A stretch of DNA of 63,227 bases, the filler included, from Reticulomyxa filosa (lineage: Eukaryota; Protista; Foraminifera), in assembly GCA_000512085.1 (NCBI GenBank). It is 13 parts of 13 records of this genome, joined end to end, with 100 filler letters (N's around TTAATTAATTAA, not from the genome) between each part and the next. Parts side by side here need not be neighbours in the genome. Positions count along the whole stretch, not along the records: positions 23,411 to 37,251 come from ASPP01017958.1; positions 37,352 to 41,982 come from ASPP01001952.1; 11 more parts are not named here. One strand, given 5' to 3'. Made by a program: the position numbers and the translations under genes. This document shows positions 24,641 through 38,734 of the stretch, piece after piece; the first letter of the stretch is position 1, and each line of letters starts with the position of its first letter. The notes below the pieces were generated by a model. The model had not been told where the DNA came from and did no database searches. It was given only the letters and a program-made list of their open reading frames with translations.

Positions 24641-26550
24641 TCAAAAGAAGACCATTTGTTCGAAAATTTTTCTTTGATTTTCTGCATTGTCAGTGTCACT
24701 GTCTTCTGATTCAAAAGTTTGTTCAATGTTTTTATTGGCCCGAAGTTCGGACAAAGACAAAGAGACAGATTGTCGACTTTGTCTGCGGCTCTTGTGAGCA
24801 GTAGGAAGCAACACACGTTGAACATAGCGTTCGAACTCCTCATTCCTCTCTACAGCAGGCACCTGCGTTCCAAACACGACATCTATCCAAATGTTGAGAA
24901 CAATATCTCCGGCCATTGAGATAGCTTCAAAATGTTTCTCCACGTGTGCAATTGTTTCGTCAATCATAGTGCCAGCATTTTTGTACATATCTCCCCAACC
25001 TGCCTGACACCAAATTTTCAAAAACTCTGGTTTTAATTCGGGATGTCCTTGGAATCCGTACTAAGTCAATGAGTAAGGAGGAGAGGAAAGTGATGTTACA
25101 AACAAGCAAAAGGACAATAATAGCAATGCGTGACAACTGTAAAAGACAAAGAGGACTGAACAGTGCTTTTTCCGATTTTGAAAAGAGTGTTGTACAAATT
25201 CGTTTTAGCCAGCAAATGAATTTTTTCAAATCCGTGTTTGGTTTCCACATTAAATGGAAGTTCGAACGTATCTTGATGAAATAAGACAATTTTTTCATCC
25301 AATTGTTGGTGCCTTAGTGTTGCCATCAATGGATCTTGGCTTGTTTCATCGTGTTTTTCGGTCCATTGCCATTTCTTGAAGCCAATCTCCACGCCTTTGT
25401 TTTTGTTTATTTGTTATGTTTGTTTTACAAACACAACGATGGGGAAAAAGTCTTCATCTTGATACCTTGAGAGCCTTTGAACACCTTCCCACCAGCACAC
25501 TCTGCCAATAAGTGGCAGCCAAGACAAATTCCAAAGATGGGCACAGCCTGGAAAATCGCTTGACGAATAAATTCTTTTTCATTTCGAATCCAAGGATATT
25601 TTTCCTGTTCATGCACTCCCACATTTCCTCCCAAAACAATAATGGCGTCAAACATAGGTGCGGACAAATCCTCAAACGCGTTGTCATGAAAAGCGTATAT
25701 TACTTGATAGGGGATCTTTGTTTTCATTATTTTTATTCTTACTGCCATCATTCGAAGAACAGAGAAAAAAAAGAGAAAAAAAAGAGAAAAAACTTTGTGA
25801 GTGGCCAACACAGCAGCAGCAGTTTGAGGTGGCGCAATATTGTCATTTTGTATAATCAATACGCGCGGCATTGGAGGATATGGTCTGTTGCGACGTATAC
25901 TTGTTCGACTTTTGGCGTGTTGTACTTTCTCTGTGCCAATGGAATTGTTCTTTGTTTCTTCTTCCCCATCTTTTGATTTGGGCAAAGGAACTTCGTCAAT
26001 TGTGCCAATTGTACTCAAGTTCTAATTGTTATTATGAACCCCCCATACATACACCTACGTTGACATGGCAATGCCTATCTCTTAAAAAAAAAGTTATGTA
26101 CTGATATTTCATTAGGATTGAATTTGACAGAAAATGTCGATTGGAATGGTTGAATCAGCTTGTTGATATCATTGGCCTCACTGGAAATTATCGAATATTT
26201 GTCCAATTGCTTTTGTGTGGATCCTTGTCCAACATTAGAAACACCATTCGTTTGCTGGTTGAGTTCTTTGATTTTTGAAATATATGCACCAATGTTCGAG
26301 ATTTCCGCTGCAATTTCTTCATTTCTTAGCTTGCTCTTGTTTGCAAGCTCTTCTAACAATATTTGTTTCTTTGGGTCAGTTGTGCAATCATTTCATTAAA
26401 AGCTTGCTCGACCTTTGCTACTTCTGTTTTGTGGCGCGTTGCTAACAACACTGACAATTCCTGCAAATTCTCTTTCAAATTTTGCAGTTTGGTAAGATCA
26501 GTTTGATTTGAATTTTTCCCTGTTTCTGAAGTAGACATCGAAGATATCAA
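24641..26550 (-). CDS. Class I glutamine amidotransferase-like (GATase1) protein with an N-terminal coiled coil
   Basis: DAIIVLGG, IFGICLGCHLL (catalytic Cys), EIG, FHQDTF and GFQGHPE (His-x-Glu). The coiled-coil exon joins through a GT-AG intron at ~26024-26101. Confidence 0.85.
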
Positions 26551-27024
26551 TGAGTACCACCAAGAAAAAAAAATCTAACAAAACTTTTAAAGGGGGGACG
26601 CAAACCTGCCGTGAGGAACACAGCTGACGTGTGAACACAATTATATTGGATAAGAAATCTGGCAATATCATTGAGATCACTCTACTTTTCCAAAGAGGCT
26701 CAAACCAAGAAACCGGAACCAAGCAACACGGTGAGTTTTGAAATGAGAATCAGTGAAATTGATATTTGTCACTTTCTGCAAAAAGTTCTGAAATCATGGT
26801 TAAATTTTGCTGAACAATCACAGGAGAACCGGTTCTCCGTGTGTAAAACACAACAAAGCGTTTTAAAACAACAAAATGTGGACAAAAACTGCTCACATCA
26901 AATTCACCAAGAATACTTTCATTGTTTTGGTTTCAGCTGAATTTTTAATTTTTTTTGTTTATTTTTATTTTTTTGTTTTTTATTGTTTTGTTGTTTTGAT
27001 TTTTTTGAGATAGCTCGTCAATGA

Positions 27025-30000
27025 TTAACGAAAAGTTTTATTCTTGGTGTGTATGTTTTCCTTTCCATTTCTTTTTGTTTTTTGCCTAGACGAATGATAA
27101 AGAAGGCAAACAGTTGCAACAAAAACACAAAGAATTTCATTGTTTGGGATTAGAAAAAGAAAAGAAGATAAATTAACAGGTTGTTGAGTGGTAGTCTTTA
27201 GAGCATTTTGTCTCTCCGATTTGCGGTTCAACAAAAATGTGTCAACAAACTGCACACTATTGGGATTATTCCCAAAAACATCGTAAACATTGTCTCGTAT
27301 GCTTTTTTCTTCGTGGATTTCACACAACATTTGGATCACCACTCCGGCATCTACATCTTTGTTCATTTTTTCAATTTCAGTCCGACACCATCGTTCAAAC
27401 TCTCCTGACATTTTCAGAGGCTTTGCAATCAATGCAAAAAAAATTTTATACGTATTTCAAGTAGATAAATGTTAAAAAAAGCTATCGTACCGTTGTTTGC
27501 TCAATTTTTTTGGCTGTTTTTGTAAGTTTTTTTTGTTGATGAGATGTTGCTTCTGATTCTATGTGTTTTTCTTGTTTTACTGGCTGTGTTGTTCCTTTGC
27601 TTTTTCGTTTTGATTGTGCCTGAGGTGATGTCGAATTATTTTCTTTTTCAACAAGCGCAGATTGAGAGGTTTGTTGTTGCTGTTGTTGTTTTAGCCGATA
27701 TGCCATGGTATGTGAAGCAGAGACGCTGACAGTATTTCGTGGAATATTATTCGCAAGTACTTTGTTTCGATTGGAAGCAGAGATTGATTGTGTTGTTTGT
27801 GCTTGTTCGCCATCGACTATTGGTCCCTGGCGATTTTTTTGAGTTTGTGGTAATGGTGTGTGCATCGACGGTAGCGTTGGGGGCATTTGCGTATTTCTGT
27901 TTTCGTGATTGATGTCGTCGGACCCAATGAAAGACTGAGACTTTGTCGCTGCGCTGTCAGGAATAATTTTATGTTTCCACATAACGGTGATCGTCGGCTC
28001 GTTCACATGAGACGGTTGGACAGCCGCGGAGGGGACAGGTATATTTGTCTGTGAAACAGCCTGTTCTTCGGTCAAGGGGATCGCATTGGCGACGTTGGCG
28101 ACCTTCGATCCGCGCTTTCGTCTTTTTTGGGATTTCTATCGATATAAACAAATACAAATGACAACCCTCCTATTCGATTGTTTCTCTCTTTTCCTTTTTC
28201 TATTGTTCAATCGAAACTTTGGCAGGAATGTCGTTTGATTTTTGTGTCTGCTCTGTTATTGGAATATTCATAGGTTCGGTGAAGGCCCTCTCAATGAAAG
28301 GCGCTGATTCAATTATAGGCAAGACAACATTGGTTGCAGATGACTTCTGCGTCTCAACCTATTGTTCAACAATTTGTACAATGAGCAAAAAGGGATAATT
28401 GCAAGAAAAAGAAAACACAATTGAAACAAAGAGAAGATATCACCAATCCATTCATCGAAACTGCAATATAAGTCTCAGAATTTAAATACGATCTATGTGG
28501 GACGGGTGGTTTTCTGCGATGCAAATGGGCAGAGTCAATACTACCGCTTCGAATAATCGATTGCATTGGCTGAGGTTCCATTGAATCAATGGGAATAGGA
28601 CTATATGTGGTTTGTGTGTTGGTATATTCTGCCAATTGTGCAGATGGATCTGATTTTGTGGATTGAATCCCCGATGATTGGTGTAATTCATACCGCGGAT
28701 GAGAAAACGACTTTTCCAAAAATGTGCTCTTTGTCTCTTCTGTCAAATGACTATCATGAACGGGAGGCTTCGATCAAAACACATCACATGTTTACAAATG
28801 ACGAATCACAAACGAGAGGGATATGGCCAACATGAAAACAATATCCAGAATGCTCACAACCAAACAAAATATTCCAACTTCGAGCACACTTAACTGTGGA
28901 TTGATTTGGATGTTTGTTTTCAAACTCTTCTGGCTGTGTCCATCCCACAACGTATTCACTGCTTACATTGTTTTTAGTATTATATTGTTCGTACACATAC
29001 GAGTCATAATTGTAAGTATTGCGTTCGTCGTTTGCATATGGCTGCGCTTTGTCTTCCTGTGTGACAAAGTCCATCAACAATGCTTTTTGTGTGACATTCG
29101 CTCTTTGTTGTTTTCGTTCTCTTTAAACAATACGAGGAAAACATAAAAAACACGAACGTAAAAGCCGTGTTGGAGTTGTTCTTTATTGTCGATTTCAAGA
29201 GCAGAGCTGGATTTATTCAGAAATGGTGGAGCTGTTGCCCAATAATTGTACGCCTCTTCTTCTGATTGTGCATGAACTTGGGAAGTTTTCTAAGTGTGCA
29301 CACAAATTTGTCTTTTTTTTCATTCTCAGTTTTTGACATCTCACACACACAAATGCAAAACAAAGCAAATAAAACAACAAGAACCAATTTACAAAAATAT
29401 TGCTGTGTCTTTGTATTTGTTTCTTTCACGCACGAATGCACGGAAAAAAATATACGACACAAACTGTTGGGACTTGTTTGACATTGTAGCCATACTGATC
29501 CATCGAATCTTGCATGACATCATTTGTTGAAGTTTCAAGAGAGACTGCATTGGTGTCATGCAAATTTGAATGTGGAACAGTATTCGCTGTCTCATTTCTT
29601 GCGTGAATGGTGGCATACCGAAATGGCCTCATCCCTGTCAATGTCGTCGGCATTTGGAAATGTGTTGAGTTTGATTCCATTGGTTGGTCTTGATAGGGAT
29701 ACTTCTAAAAAATAAAAAAAAGGAAAAGAATTTCCCCGAAATTCAGACACATTTACAAACATCAAGACGCTTGACTGTTTTGCAAACAATTGGAAGGGAG
29801 TCCTACTTCTTACATGCGAGAACTAGACAATGAGGAGGGAATAAGTGAAAATAAAATAAAATAAAATAAACACAAGGAAAAGCTGATTGTTATGGATTAC
29901 ATCAAAGCTGTTTATCTCATTTATCAAATGGTGTCCCAGTGGCCCGTTCTCCTCGTCTTCGTCTTCGTTTTCGTGCTCTTCATTCTCTTCGTCTTCTCCT

Positions 30001-32140
30001 TCTTTGTCAAAATGATTGGGATATTCATTTTGAGTGGGGTCGTCATCCGTTATCACATTCATAGACAGTTTTTTGACCTCCTCTTCAAATTCGTCACTTG
30101 ACGGAGGGGTTTGATACCCTTGTTTCAATCGATTCGGTTCAGAGGGTACTTCCATATCAAATGCATAATCGCCATTTTTGTCGTGTTTTGTATGTTTCAA
30201 AGTGTTGATGTCGGGTAGCGTGTCAGTGAAATGATTTTCATTGGAGTTTGTTGCATGATTGGAGGATTTAAAGACAAGCGGTTCGTTTTCTTTTTTTTCT
30301 TAATCAATACTGGCTCTCCTTCGATAGGCCAGCAAGTTGGAATGACACTTAAAAACGCTATGTACATAACAGCACAACATGTCAAGCGCAAATTTTTTTT
30401 TCTTTTAAATGCTTTCGGGCAAATAAAAACAATAAAACAAACAGCAATCACATAAGGCCAACCTGGATGAGAAGCTTTAAACCATTGATGCAGTTCAATA
30501 AAATCACTGCTTTGTTCGCAACGAATAGGTAATTCTTTTTTGAAATATTTGCCGAAAAACCATTGCTCCATTCTGAATGCTGCAAACGGACCTTGAACAA
30601 AGCCTTGGGGGTCTTTATACCACCACTCATCCGATTTTGTGCTTGTTGCTGCTGTTGAGTTTTTCGTTGTTTTGTGGGCTTCGCTCAGCTTGCTACTATC
30701 ATTTGCATTGGTATTTTTTGCATAGCCGTTGAGTATGCCATCGACAATACTGTTGGTGTGTGTATTTACTATGTCTTTTTCATTGTTTTGTCGGCTCACA
30801 TTTTTCTGCGATTCTTCCACAGATTGATTCACTGTGTTGTCATCACTGCCGTCGTTCTTGTGGTCTTTATGATTTGCATTGTTGCTTTCGTTTGCAGGAG
30901 AAGAGTCTTCCTTTTGTTTTAGCAATTGGGCACGACGAGATATCCATCGACCAGCCGATTTTTCCTTTTTTTTTTTTGTGTCAACAAAGGAAATCGACGA
31001 TTTGCACAATATTAGCAGATGATAAGGAACAAAAAAAAGTCGAGCACTTTTTTTTTATTGCTTTGTTCCCTTTAGAGTCACGTATTTCGGGACATTACCT
31101 GCGGTATTGCTCGAGTTATGATGCCCATCCATATCATGACTGTTTTGTGGACTGCCACTAGTTTCATTTCGATCGGCTGACGGCCTTTGAAATGATTTGT
31201 GAATTGGGTTGTATGGTCCTTCTTTTTGCAATTGCTATTTGAGATGGGACACGAGTAAAAAACAAGCGTGAAAGTAGGCGCAGGGGAGAGAAAAAAACTT
31301 TACATGCATCCCTTTTTTTTTGAACATTATAGATTTGAACATAAATCTAGTTTCTAAAGGAAGAGAAACAAACTTTTTCCGTCTCTGTCAATTCCATGGC
31401 CAGTTGAGGCAACACAGGCTCTTGTAGTGCCATTTCAAAGTTCATCGTTTGATGTTTCTCTGGTATGTCACTAGAAACAACTTCTACTAAATCCGAAATC
31501 GCATTGTGTACGGTACTGTGTGTTCCACATTCTTATCTTTTTTTGACTCAATTTCCTCTCCCTCCTCCCCCCCCCTCTCTTGCCCCCTTCGGTATTAAAA
31601 AAAATTGTAAACCATTTCACCCTCCTCTAAATGGGCGTCTATTTATACGTAGCTAAATTTGCATCCATTTCAAAAAAATTTTTATTTTGCGATTTTTCTC
31701 ATTTGCAAAAAAAAAAACACATTACGAGGCCATAGAAAGAGTGGAGATATATATACGAGGAAAAAGCCCAACCTGCTTTGATCGTGGAATTGAGTTTGAT
31801 GGTTTGATTTAATGTTGTTAGTTTTGTTGCTTTCGTTGACTTGGTTTTGCTCATCAACAACACCGTTACGGGGTCGCAACGCTGTCGTGTTGTTGGCGTG
31901 TGCTTGATTGCCATTTATTTTATAAGCTGTGTGCAAAGGAGGTTGGGTTGATGACACGGGCCGATGTGAATTAGAATGAGAATGCCCATAAGATCGAGAA
32001 TTTGTATGTTCTAGTTCATGTCGCATTTTCACATTTTTATTCCCACTTCACCCAACGCACATATATGTGAAAGAAAAAAATTAAAAGAAAAAAGTACCGT
32101 TGATTGGTTGGTGACTTGGCCTGTTTTTTTTAGTTTTCAT
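27025..32140 (-). CDS. GIGYF/Smy2-like GYF-domain protein, multi-exon
   Basis: GYF domain WWYKDPQGFVQGPF..MEQWF.GKYFKKELPIR (~30520-30630). C-terminal FERWCRTEI...FVDTFLLNRK is typical of the family. Confidence 0.85.
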
Positions 32141-32693
32141 TTCGTTTGCTTTTAAGTACTACAAAAAAGCGCTACACAACGCACAACCCAACTTTGTCTG
32201 CCTCGTTCTCCAAGCAGAGGTAGTCATCTCTTCACAAAAGTTATTGATAACACAGAAAACCAAAGTACAAAAATTTCAATTTTCAGCACAAAGTGTAATT
32301 GATCAATTAAATCTTAATTTTTTAATTTTAAATTTACCGCTTTAATGCTTTTGAGTCTTTGTTTTAATGTGCGCGTAGGCACAGACGAAGAGAGCTCAAT
32401 TAATATATTATCACAACATTGATAAATAAAAACATGTAGGAAAATCCATTTTATAAAGTATTCGCTTCTTTATGTTGGACTTTCTTCTTATTTACAAAGT
32501 TTTATATGACATGGAGGTACTAAACCGAAAGATATTCCTTGCTACAATAAAAAATATTTGTATGTGAGGTATCCTGTACTCCAAATACAAACAAAACACT
32601 TCTTAAAAACTCGTAAGTTGAACAGAATTAAGGAACCCACCAGTTTTTGAAAAAGTATTGCACGTTGAAAGAAGATTTCGTGAACTTTAGAGA

Positions 32694-35479
32694 ATGTATC
32701 CAAACAATAACCAACAGCAACAACGCATTCCAATCCAAACCGGATTTGTGCAGGTCTCGCCCCAAACGACTTATGTTCAACAAGTCCCACAACAACAGTT
32801 CGTTTATCCAAACCAGCAAATGGGGTTCATTCAACAGCCCTTGATGCAACAACCGCTAATGCAGCAACCTTTGATTCAACAGCCGTTGATACAACAACCG
32901 TTTATGATGGTAATTTCCGTTCCTTTTTTTTTTCTCTCCCCTCAAACAAGCAAGTTATTTGCAACTTTTGAATAGTCGCCGTTACTTCAACAACAGCAAC
33001 AGCAACAGCAATTGGAATACCAACAATTAATGCAACAACAGCAGTTATTGCAACAACAGCAGTTGTTGCAACAACAACAATTTTTGCAGCAACAGCAATT
33101 ATTGCAACAGCAACAATTGTTGCAACAACAATTGAAAGATTACAACACCAAGCAAAGTCAATTGAACGCTTCGTACGTTACCACGGCACGAGGCAAAGCA
33201 GGCTTGGCTACGAAAAAAGACTCTTTGTTGCAAGCCCGTGCTCAATTTGAACAACAGCAAAGACAAATGCAATTACAACTCAACACCGGACAACAATTGC
33301 AATTCGGTAAAAAAAAGACCCCCCTTTTTATGATCTAAATTTAAATTGCCTTTGTCCTTTTTTTTTTTGGTAGGCCCACAGTTTTACGATCAATTGAATA
33401 AATTGAACAAAGCGCTTGAAGACATAGCAAACCAGTTGAAAGGCGTTGATGCAGAAGAGGAGAAGGTTTACGAGACGGAATTGCTGTTGTATCAACAACA
33501 ACAACAATTATCAACGTCCAGACAATCGTTAGGTAATGTCAGTGGCCTGGAAACGATTGAAATAGGTTTGCTGCAAGTTCCTCAAAAACCCTCCACTAAA
33601 AAGGTTAACGGAAATTTCGTTTGTTCTTTCATGTTAGTTTTCGTACTAAGTTTTTTTTATGGATAAAATCGTTATACGTTTTTTTGAAAGTAGTGTTCTA
33701 GTGGTTCAATGAGTAACCAGAGGACATTTTGTTTAGTTTTTTTTTGCCAATGTGATAATGTTTCTTTCGTGTTAATTTTTTTTTATACAGGCGCCTCCTC
33801 AGTACGTTGTGCAAAAGGAGCAAACGGTAAGCTTTTTTGTTTTTGAGAGCTTTAAGGAATACTTTGGTATACGTTTTCTCAAAAATTAAAATGTTTTGTA
33901 ATTGTTGTGTGAATGTTTTTTAGACCATTACGACTGTTGTTGATGTTCAGGTTTGTTGAATCTTTATTGATTTTGTGTTCATGGTTGCATACTTGATCTG
34001 ACATAACTATAAATAGAGCACGCAATACGATACAACAAAATCGGCCTTTTCGGCTATGTCCATATCTCCAACAACATGGAGTCAACCCCACCCAGACGCC
34101 AAAGGAGCCGTTACAGGCGAATCAAAGTACGACGAAGAAGCAGCAAAGAAAGATGCGGCTGCTTTGCGAAAAGCGATGAAAGGTAGTTGTTTTTTTTTTT
34201 AATTTTAAGGTTCAAAATGTATTTGTATGTAACTTTGTTTGAAAAAAAAAAGGGCTTGGATGCGACACGGCTGCGGTAGTGCAAATTACTGGAAATCGAA
34301 CATTTGCACAAAGACAAATGATAGTGAAGGCATTTGTTAACGTGGACGGAAAAGATAAAAGAAATTTGTTGAGTGATTTGAAGAGTGAATTGGGTGGCGA
34401 TGTGCAGAAGTTAGTATTGCCGTTGTATATGCATCCAGGTGAATTTGACGCTCATTTGATGCATAAAGCCATGGATGGGGTTGGCTATGATACTGAGTTG
34501 CTAGTGGAAGTGCTGTGCACCCGGTATGATGCCAAACTTGTGCTTAATTGACGTGGAGGGGAGGGAACATAAAAGAATTGTGAGAACTTTTGTTTATTTT
34601 CTCTTTTCTCACTCGCAGAACAAACCAAGAAATCGAGAACATGAAAGCAGCTTGGAAAGAAGCGACAAAATCAAAGCAAAGCTTGGAAGAGCGAGTTGGA
34701 GAAGAAACGAAGAAAATCCTAGGATCTGGTCATTTCCGCACTTTGTGTTTAAAACTTTTGGAAGCCAAGCGTCCTCCCAATAAAAAACCTGATGATATTC
34801 AAGTCCAAGCAGATGCAGAAGAAATGAATCAACTCCTTCTTGGCCACTCGAAAGTGAAAGACGTCAAAACCAAATTTGTTGAAATTTTCACTGGTACTGT
34901 TTTGTTAGGGAAACGTAAGCAAGGAGGTTTAAACATGGTTTGTGATCACAAAATATTTATATAGAGAGATCTTGGGCCCATATTTCCGCACTATCGGGAT
35001 CTTTTCAAGCCATTTCCAAGAAGTGGACGTTAGATTCTGCCATTAAGAAAGAGTTTGGAGATGGTGATACTACCACGGCATTGCGTGTAATCGCTGAGTT
35101 TTGCATTCAGCCGTTAAGTACTTTTAGACTTGTCTTTATGTTTGTAGTAACTTATATGGCTCAAAAAGCTGTGTCACAAAAACTTGGTCTTTACAGGTAC
35201 GATTTCTGGGCAGAAAAATTACAAACTGCAATGAAGGGTCTTGGAACTGACGACTCCAAGTTGATCCGTGTGGTTATCAGTCGATGTGAAGTGGATATGT
35301 CCAACATTGCTCAGGTAAGCAATTGTTTTTCTTCTCTTTTATTTTTGCAAATGGGCATGTTATATGTGTAAAAGGTGTTCGGACAACGTTATGGTAACGG
35401 AAAAACCTTGAAGAATTGGATTGAAAATGATACAAGTGGCAATTATCGCAGCTTGTTGTTGTTCTTGTGTGGATACTAA
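32694..35479 (+). CDS. Annexin with a long Gln-rich N-terminal extension
   Basis: Four annexin repeats across exons: LRKAMKGLGCD, MHKAMDGVGYD..EVLCTR, FVEIFT..SWAHI and AMKGLGTDDSKLIRVVISRCEVD..DTSGNYR. Confidence 0.93.
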
Positions 35480-36279
35480 AAACTTGTGTGTTATGACAGA
35501 GGATGTTAAGATGCAAAAAGTGATCACTTTTTCAAGATCAACATTTGCATACAAGTTGTGTAATTTCATTTTTCAGTTAACTAATCACTTCAAAATTAAG
35601 ATGTACGAGTTTGTCATCTTGTGAAAATACGAAATCTGTAAATAAGAAAAAGATGCTGCAACAGATATGTACGATTTTTGTGTGTACGTCTGACTTTTGT
35701 TCTATTGCCAACACGCTGGCCTCACATGTATAATACGGCATTATATACGACTTTTTAAATATAAAGTTCCTTTTTTTTATGTGTTCGGCTTTTTTCAGTC
35801 GCCATAATAAAACAATTTCACAAACACAAAGATCAGTTTTGAAATAATTTTTTTTTATGAAAGATAAAATTGTGTGGAAGTGATTGAGGCAGGTACCTTT
35901 AAAAATTCTGCAAGATAAATAAGAAGTAAATGATAAAACTCATAAAAAATATTAAAAAATGAATCTTGAGCATTGTGTCTTATTGTTTAGATTAAATTCG
36001 ATAAATTAATTTGTCAAAAACTCGAAACAAAATTAAAAAACCTCCACACCAAATAAAATTGCAAAGCTAAAATTTAATTTCACAATAAAAAAAAATTTTA
36101 ATTATATTTTTCTAATTTTTTAAAAACTACAAAAAATACAAGGCCAATTCTTTTTTAAAAAGTATCTACGTGATTCCTAAAAAAGATTAAAAAATTGCTT
36201 CTTGGTAATACATGTCCAATTTAAATGCACTGCTGAGAAATTTTAAAAATCATTTAATAAAACAATATTTTTGATCAAC

Positions 36280-37250
36280 ATGGAAAATGTTATTAAAACC
36301 AATTTCATATTTAAAAACTACAAAATTTGTAGATTTTTAAAAAACTATTGTTAAATGTTTATTTTTCATGGAGAAAATCGATTCTCTTCATAGATGTGCT
36401 ACTTATGGCAGTTTTAAAAATCAATCATATGTGTATTTTTTTATGAACAATTTTTTATCTATTATAACATAAGTAGGTTTCCAAAAACTAGCTAGGTATA
36501 CTTGTGATGTTATATTACATGATTCTTTTAAATAAGTAATTTTAATAATTCGTTTTGCATATAATCGAATGTAACATTAATTTATTTTATGTATCTTTAA
36601 TACTTTTTCCATTTGTACTTTGATTTTATCAAAATTTTGTGATTGAAGTCAATATAGTCAAGATCAATATTATCAATAAACTCGAAGGTATCAATCGTTA
36701 TGATAAGTGGCAATAACAAGATAATTCCAGGAAACTTATTGCTGAAAACAGTCTAGTAAGTCATTATTTGGCAAATGCGTCTGCACTAGGAATTAAGTTG
36801 AATGAAGTATCATTGAGACAACAATTATTGATTTTGCAAAAACATGTCAAAAAATAACAAAATCATTAGAAAGCAAAGAATCACAAGTTTATATAAAACA
36901 AGTACACATTGACATAAAAGTAGTTCCAAAAAACGAACAAAGTGAAATATATGCTGTTACGATATTGATACGAGAAGACTTAAATCCGATAAGTGGCTAT
37001 TATTAAAGATGCTTTGATTTCGAAAAAGCAGATCAAAATTGTACTTATATCCATACAATTGTTTTCGATATGTCGACGGAAATACAGTAAGATAAAAAAG
37101 AAAGTTGACACCTAAAATGCCACCTTATAGAGATGATTGTGTTTCTCCATGAAAAAACAACATTTAATCAAAATTTTTTTTTAAAAAATATCTACGAATC
37201 GTGTAGTTTTTAAATATCATTTTGGTTTTTTAATAAGTCTTTCCAATTTT
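36280..37250. mobile_element. Degenerate DNA-transposon remnant flanked by ~105-bp imperfect inverted repeats
   Basis: 36281-36383 is the imperfect reverse complement of 37135-37246. A DLNPI-like remnant sits at ~36977. A 34-bp block at 37102-37135 matches 46311-46344 with 1 mismatch. Confidence 0.5.
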
Positions 37251-37578
37251 TNNNNNNNNNNNNNNNNNNNNNNNNNNNNNNNNNNNNNNNNNNNNTTAAT
37301 TAATTAANNNNNNNNNNNNNNNNNNNNNNNNNNNNNNNNNNNNNNNNNNNNGTTGTATTTTTGTGATACAGTGCAATGTAATGCTTTACTTGGAGAAATA
37401 AGCAAATATGATTGTATTTTTAAGTGTACACTTTGTAGTTTTTATATATTATTATTTATAAAAGTGTCATTTTTACAAAGTGTAATATGAAAGTTTTAAA
37501 TTAATTTGTTGAGTAATTCTGCTAATGTCATTAATTAATGACAACAACAGTCATTGAATCGAAGTTACTTTTTGTGGA

Positions 37579-38367
37579 TCATTGAACTGTAGTTGTTACT
37601 TGATTGTTTTGCTTAATTTTTGGTGTGCAAAGATATTGTTTAAATGTTGTAAAAAATTTATCGAAGTGGTGATTAACAAACATTTTTTTTGCAATTTTTG
37701 TGGTGGTGCTGTTTTCAAAAAAGTAAACACAAAATTTTAATTTTGCAGTATTGCTTATTAATCGTTGTTTTATTTGATAATTGGACATCCATTCTGTACT
37801 GATTGTACCTTTTTTTTTATGTTCATCATTACTATACATGGAAAGTATTGTTTCCAATTTAGCAATTACTTCTTTCAATTTTATAATTTCGTTACGAAGT
37901 TCTACATTTTTTATTTTTAATTCGCTATTATAACTAGTAATGAGAAATGCAAGATAGCTTGCATTATTTTGATTTACATAATTGCCATTGTTGAATATCA
38001 ATCCTTGTAAGATTGAGATTTGATTATTTTCTGAAACATTAGCCTCCAAATTTTGCAATTTCATTTCATTTGCTGCTAGTATTTGTTTCTTTGATTCATC
38101 ACTTACTATACAATGTATTGTTTCAGTATGGCACTTGCGGTATACAATATGTTCGGGTCGTCTTTCGCAATTGCATATCAAAGAAATTGCAATCATATGA
38201 CCGCAGCAAGCATGAACTTGCAAAGATGATAGTTGGACCTTTGTAGCTGAAGTATTTTCTTTTTGTTCGCTGTTATTAATAGCCGACAAAGACGAGGACT
38301 GCCTACTCATAGTTGGAATACTTTCTTTTTGATACAAAAAGAAATTTTTATTCGATATGATCAACAC
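37579..38367 (-). CDS. Hypothetical protein with a Cys/His cluster and a coiled coil
   Basis: 262-aa open frame in very AT-rich DNA, with HACCGH..ICNC..H..CH and a heptad-like segment. Confidence 0.45.
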   Translation of the reverse strand: MLIISNKNFFLYQKESIPTMSRQSSSLSAINNSEQKENTSATKVQLSSLQVHACCGHMIAISLICNCERRPEHIVYRKCHTETIHCIVSDESKKQILAANEMKLQNLEANVSENNQISILQGLIFNNGNYVNQNNASYLAFLITSYNSELKIKNVELRNEIIKLKEVIAKLETILSMYSNDEHKKKGTISTEWMSNYQIKQRLISNTAKLKFCVYFFENSTTTKIAKKMFVNHHFDKFFTTFKQYLCTPKIKQNNQVTTTVQ

Positions 38368-38734
38368 ACAATATAAAAAAAGAACCTGTGCTCCTTAAAC
38401 CCTTAATTTTTTTAACATTGACATTGCTAATCGTGATTACTCTATTTCTGAGTCCAATTACTTTTGAAATGTACAATTTTATCAATTTGTATTTGCTGTT
38501 CGTGTTGTGACTTGGCAATAAAACAATACTGGTTAGAATTAATAAAACTTTTTAAAAATGCATGTAATGGCATGAACAAAAAAAAACAAGCTAAGATTTT
38601 CAAAATTTAACAGTATTAACATTTTACACAATGTTGCTTAAGATTAATGATTAAACTAATCGTTTTTTTATTAACCAAAAGATTTTGGTCCCTTTGAACT
38701 TATTTTCATTTTTTTTTCAAGTGAGCATCATCAT

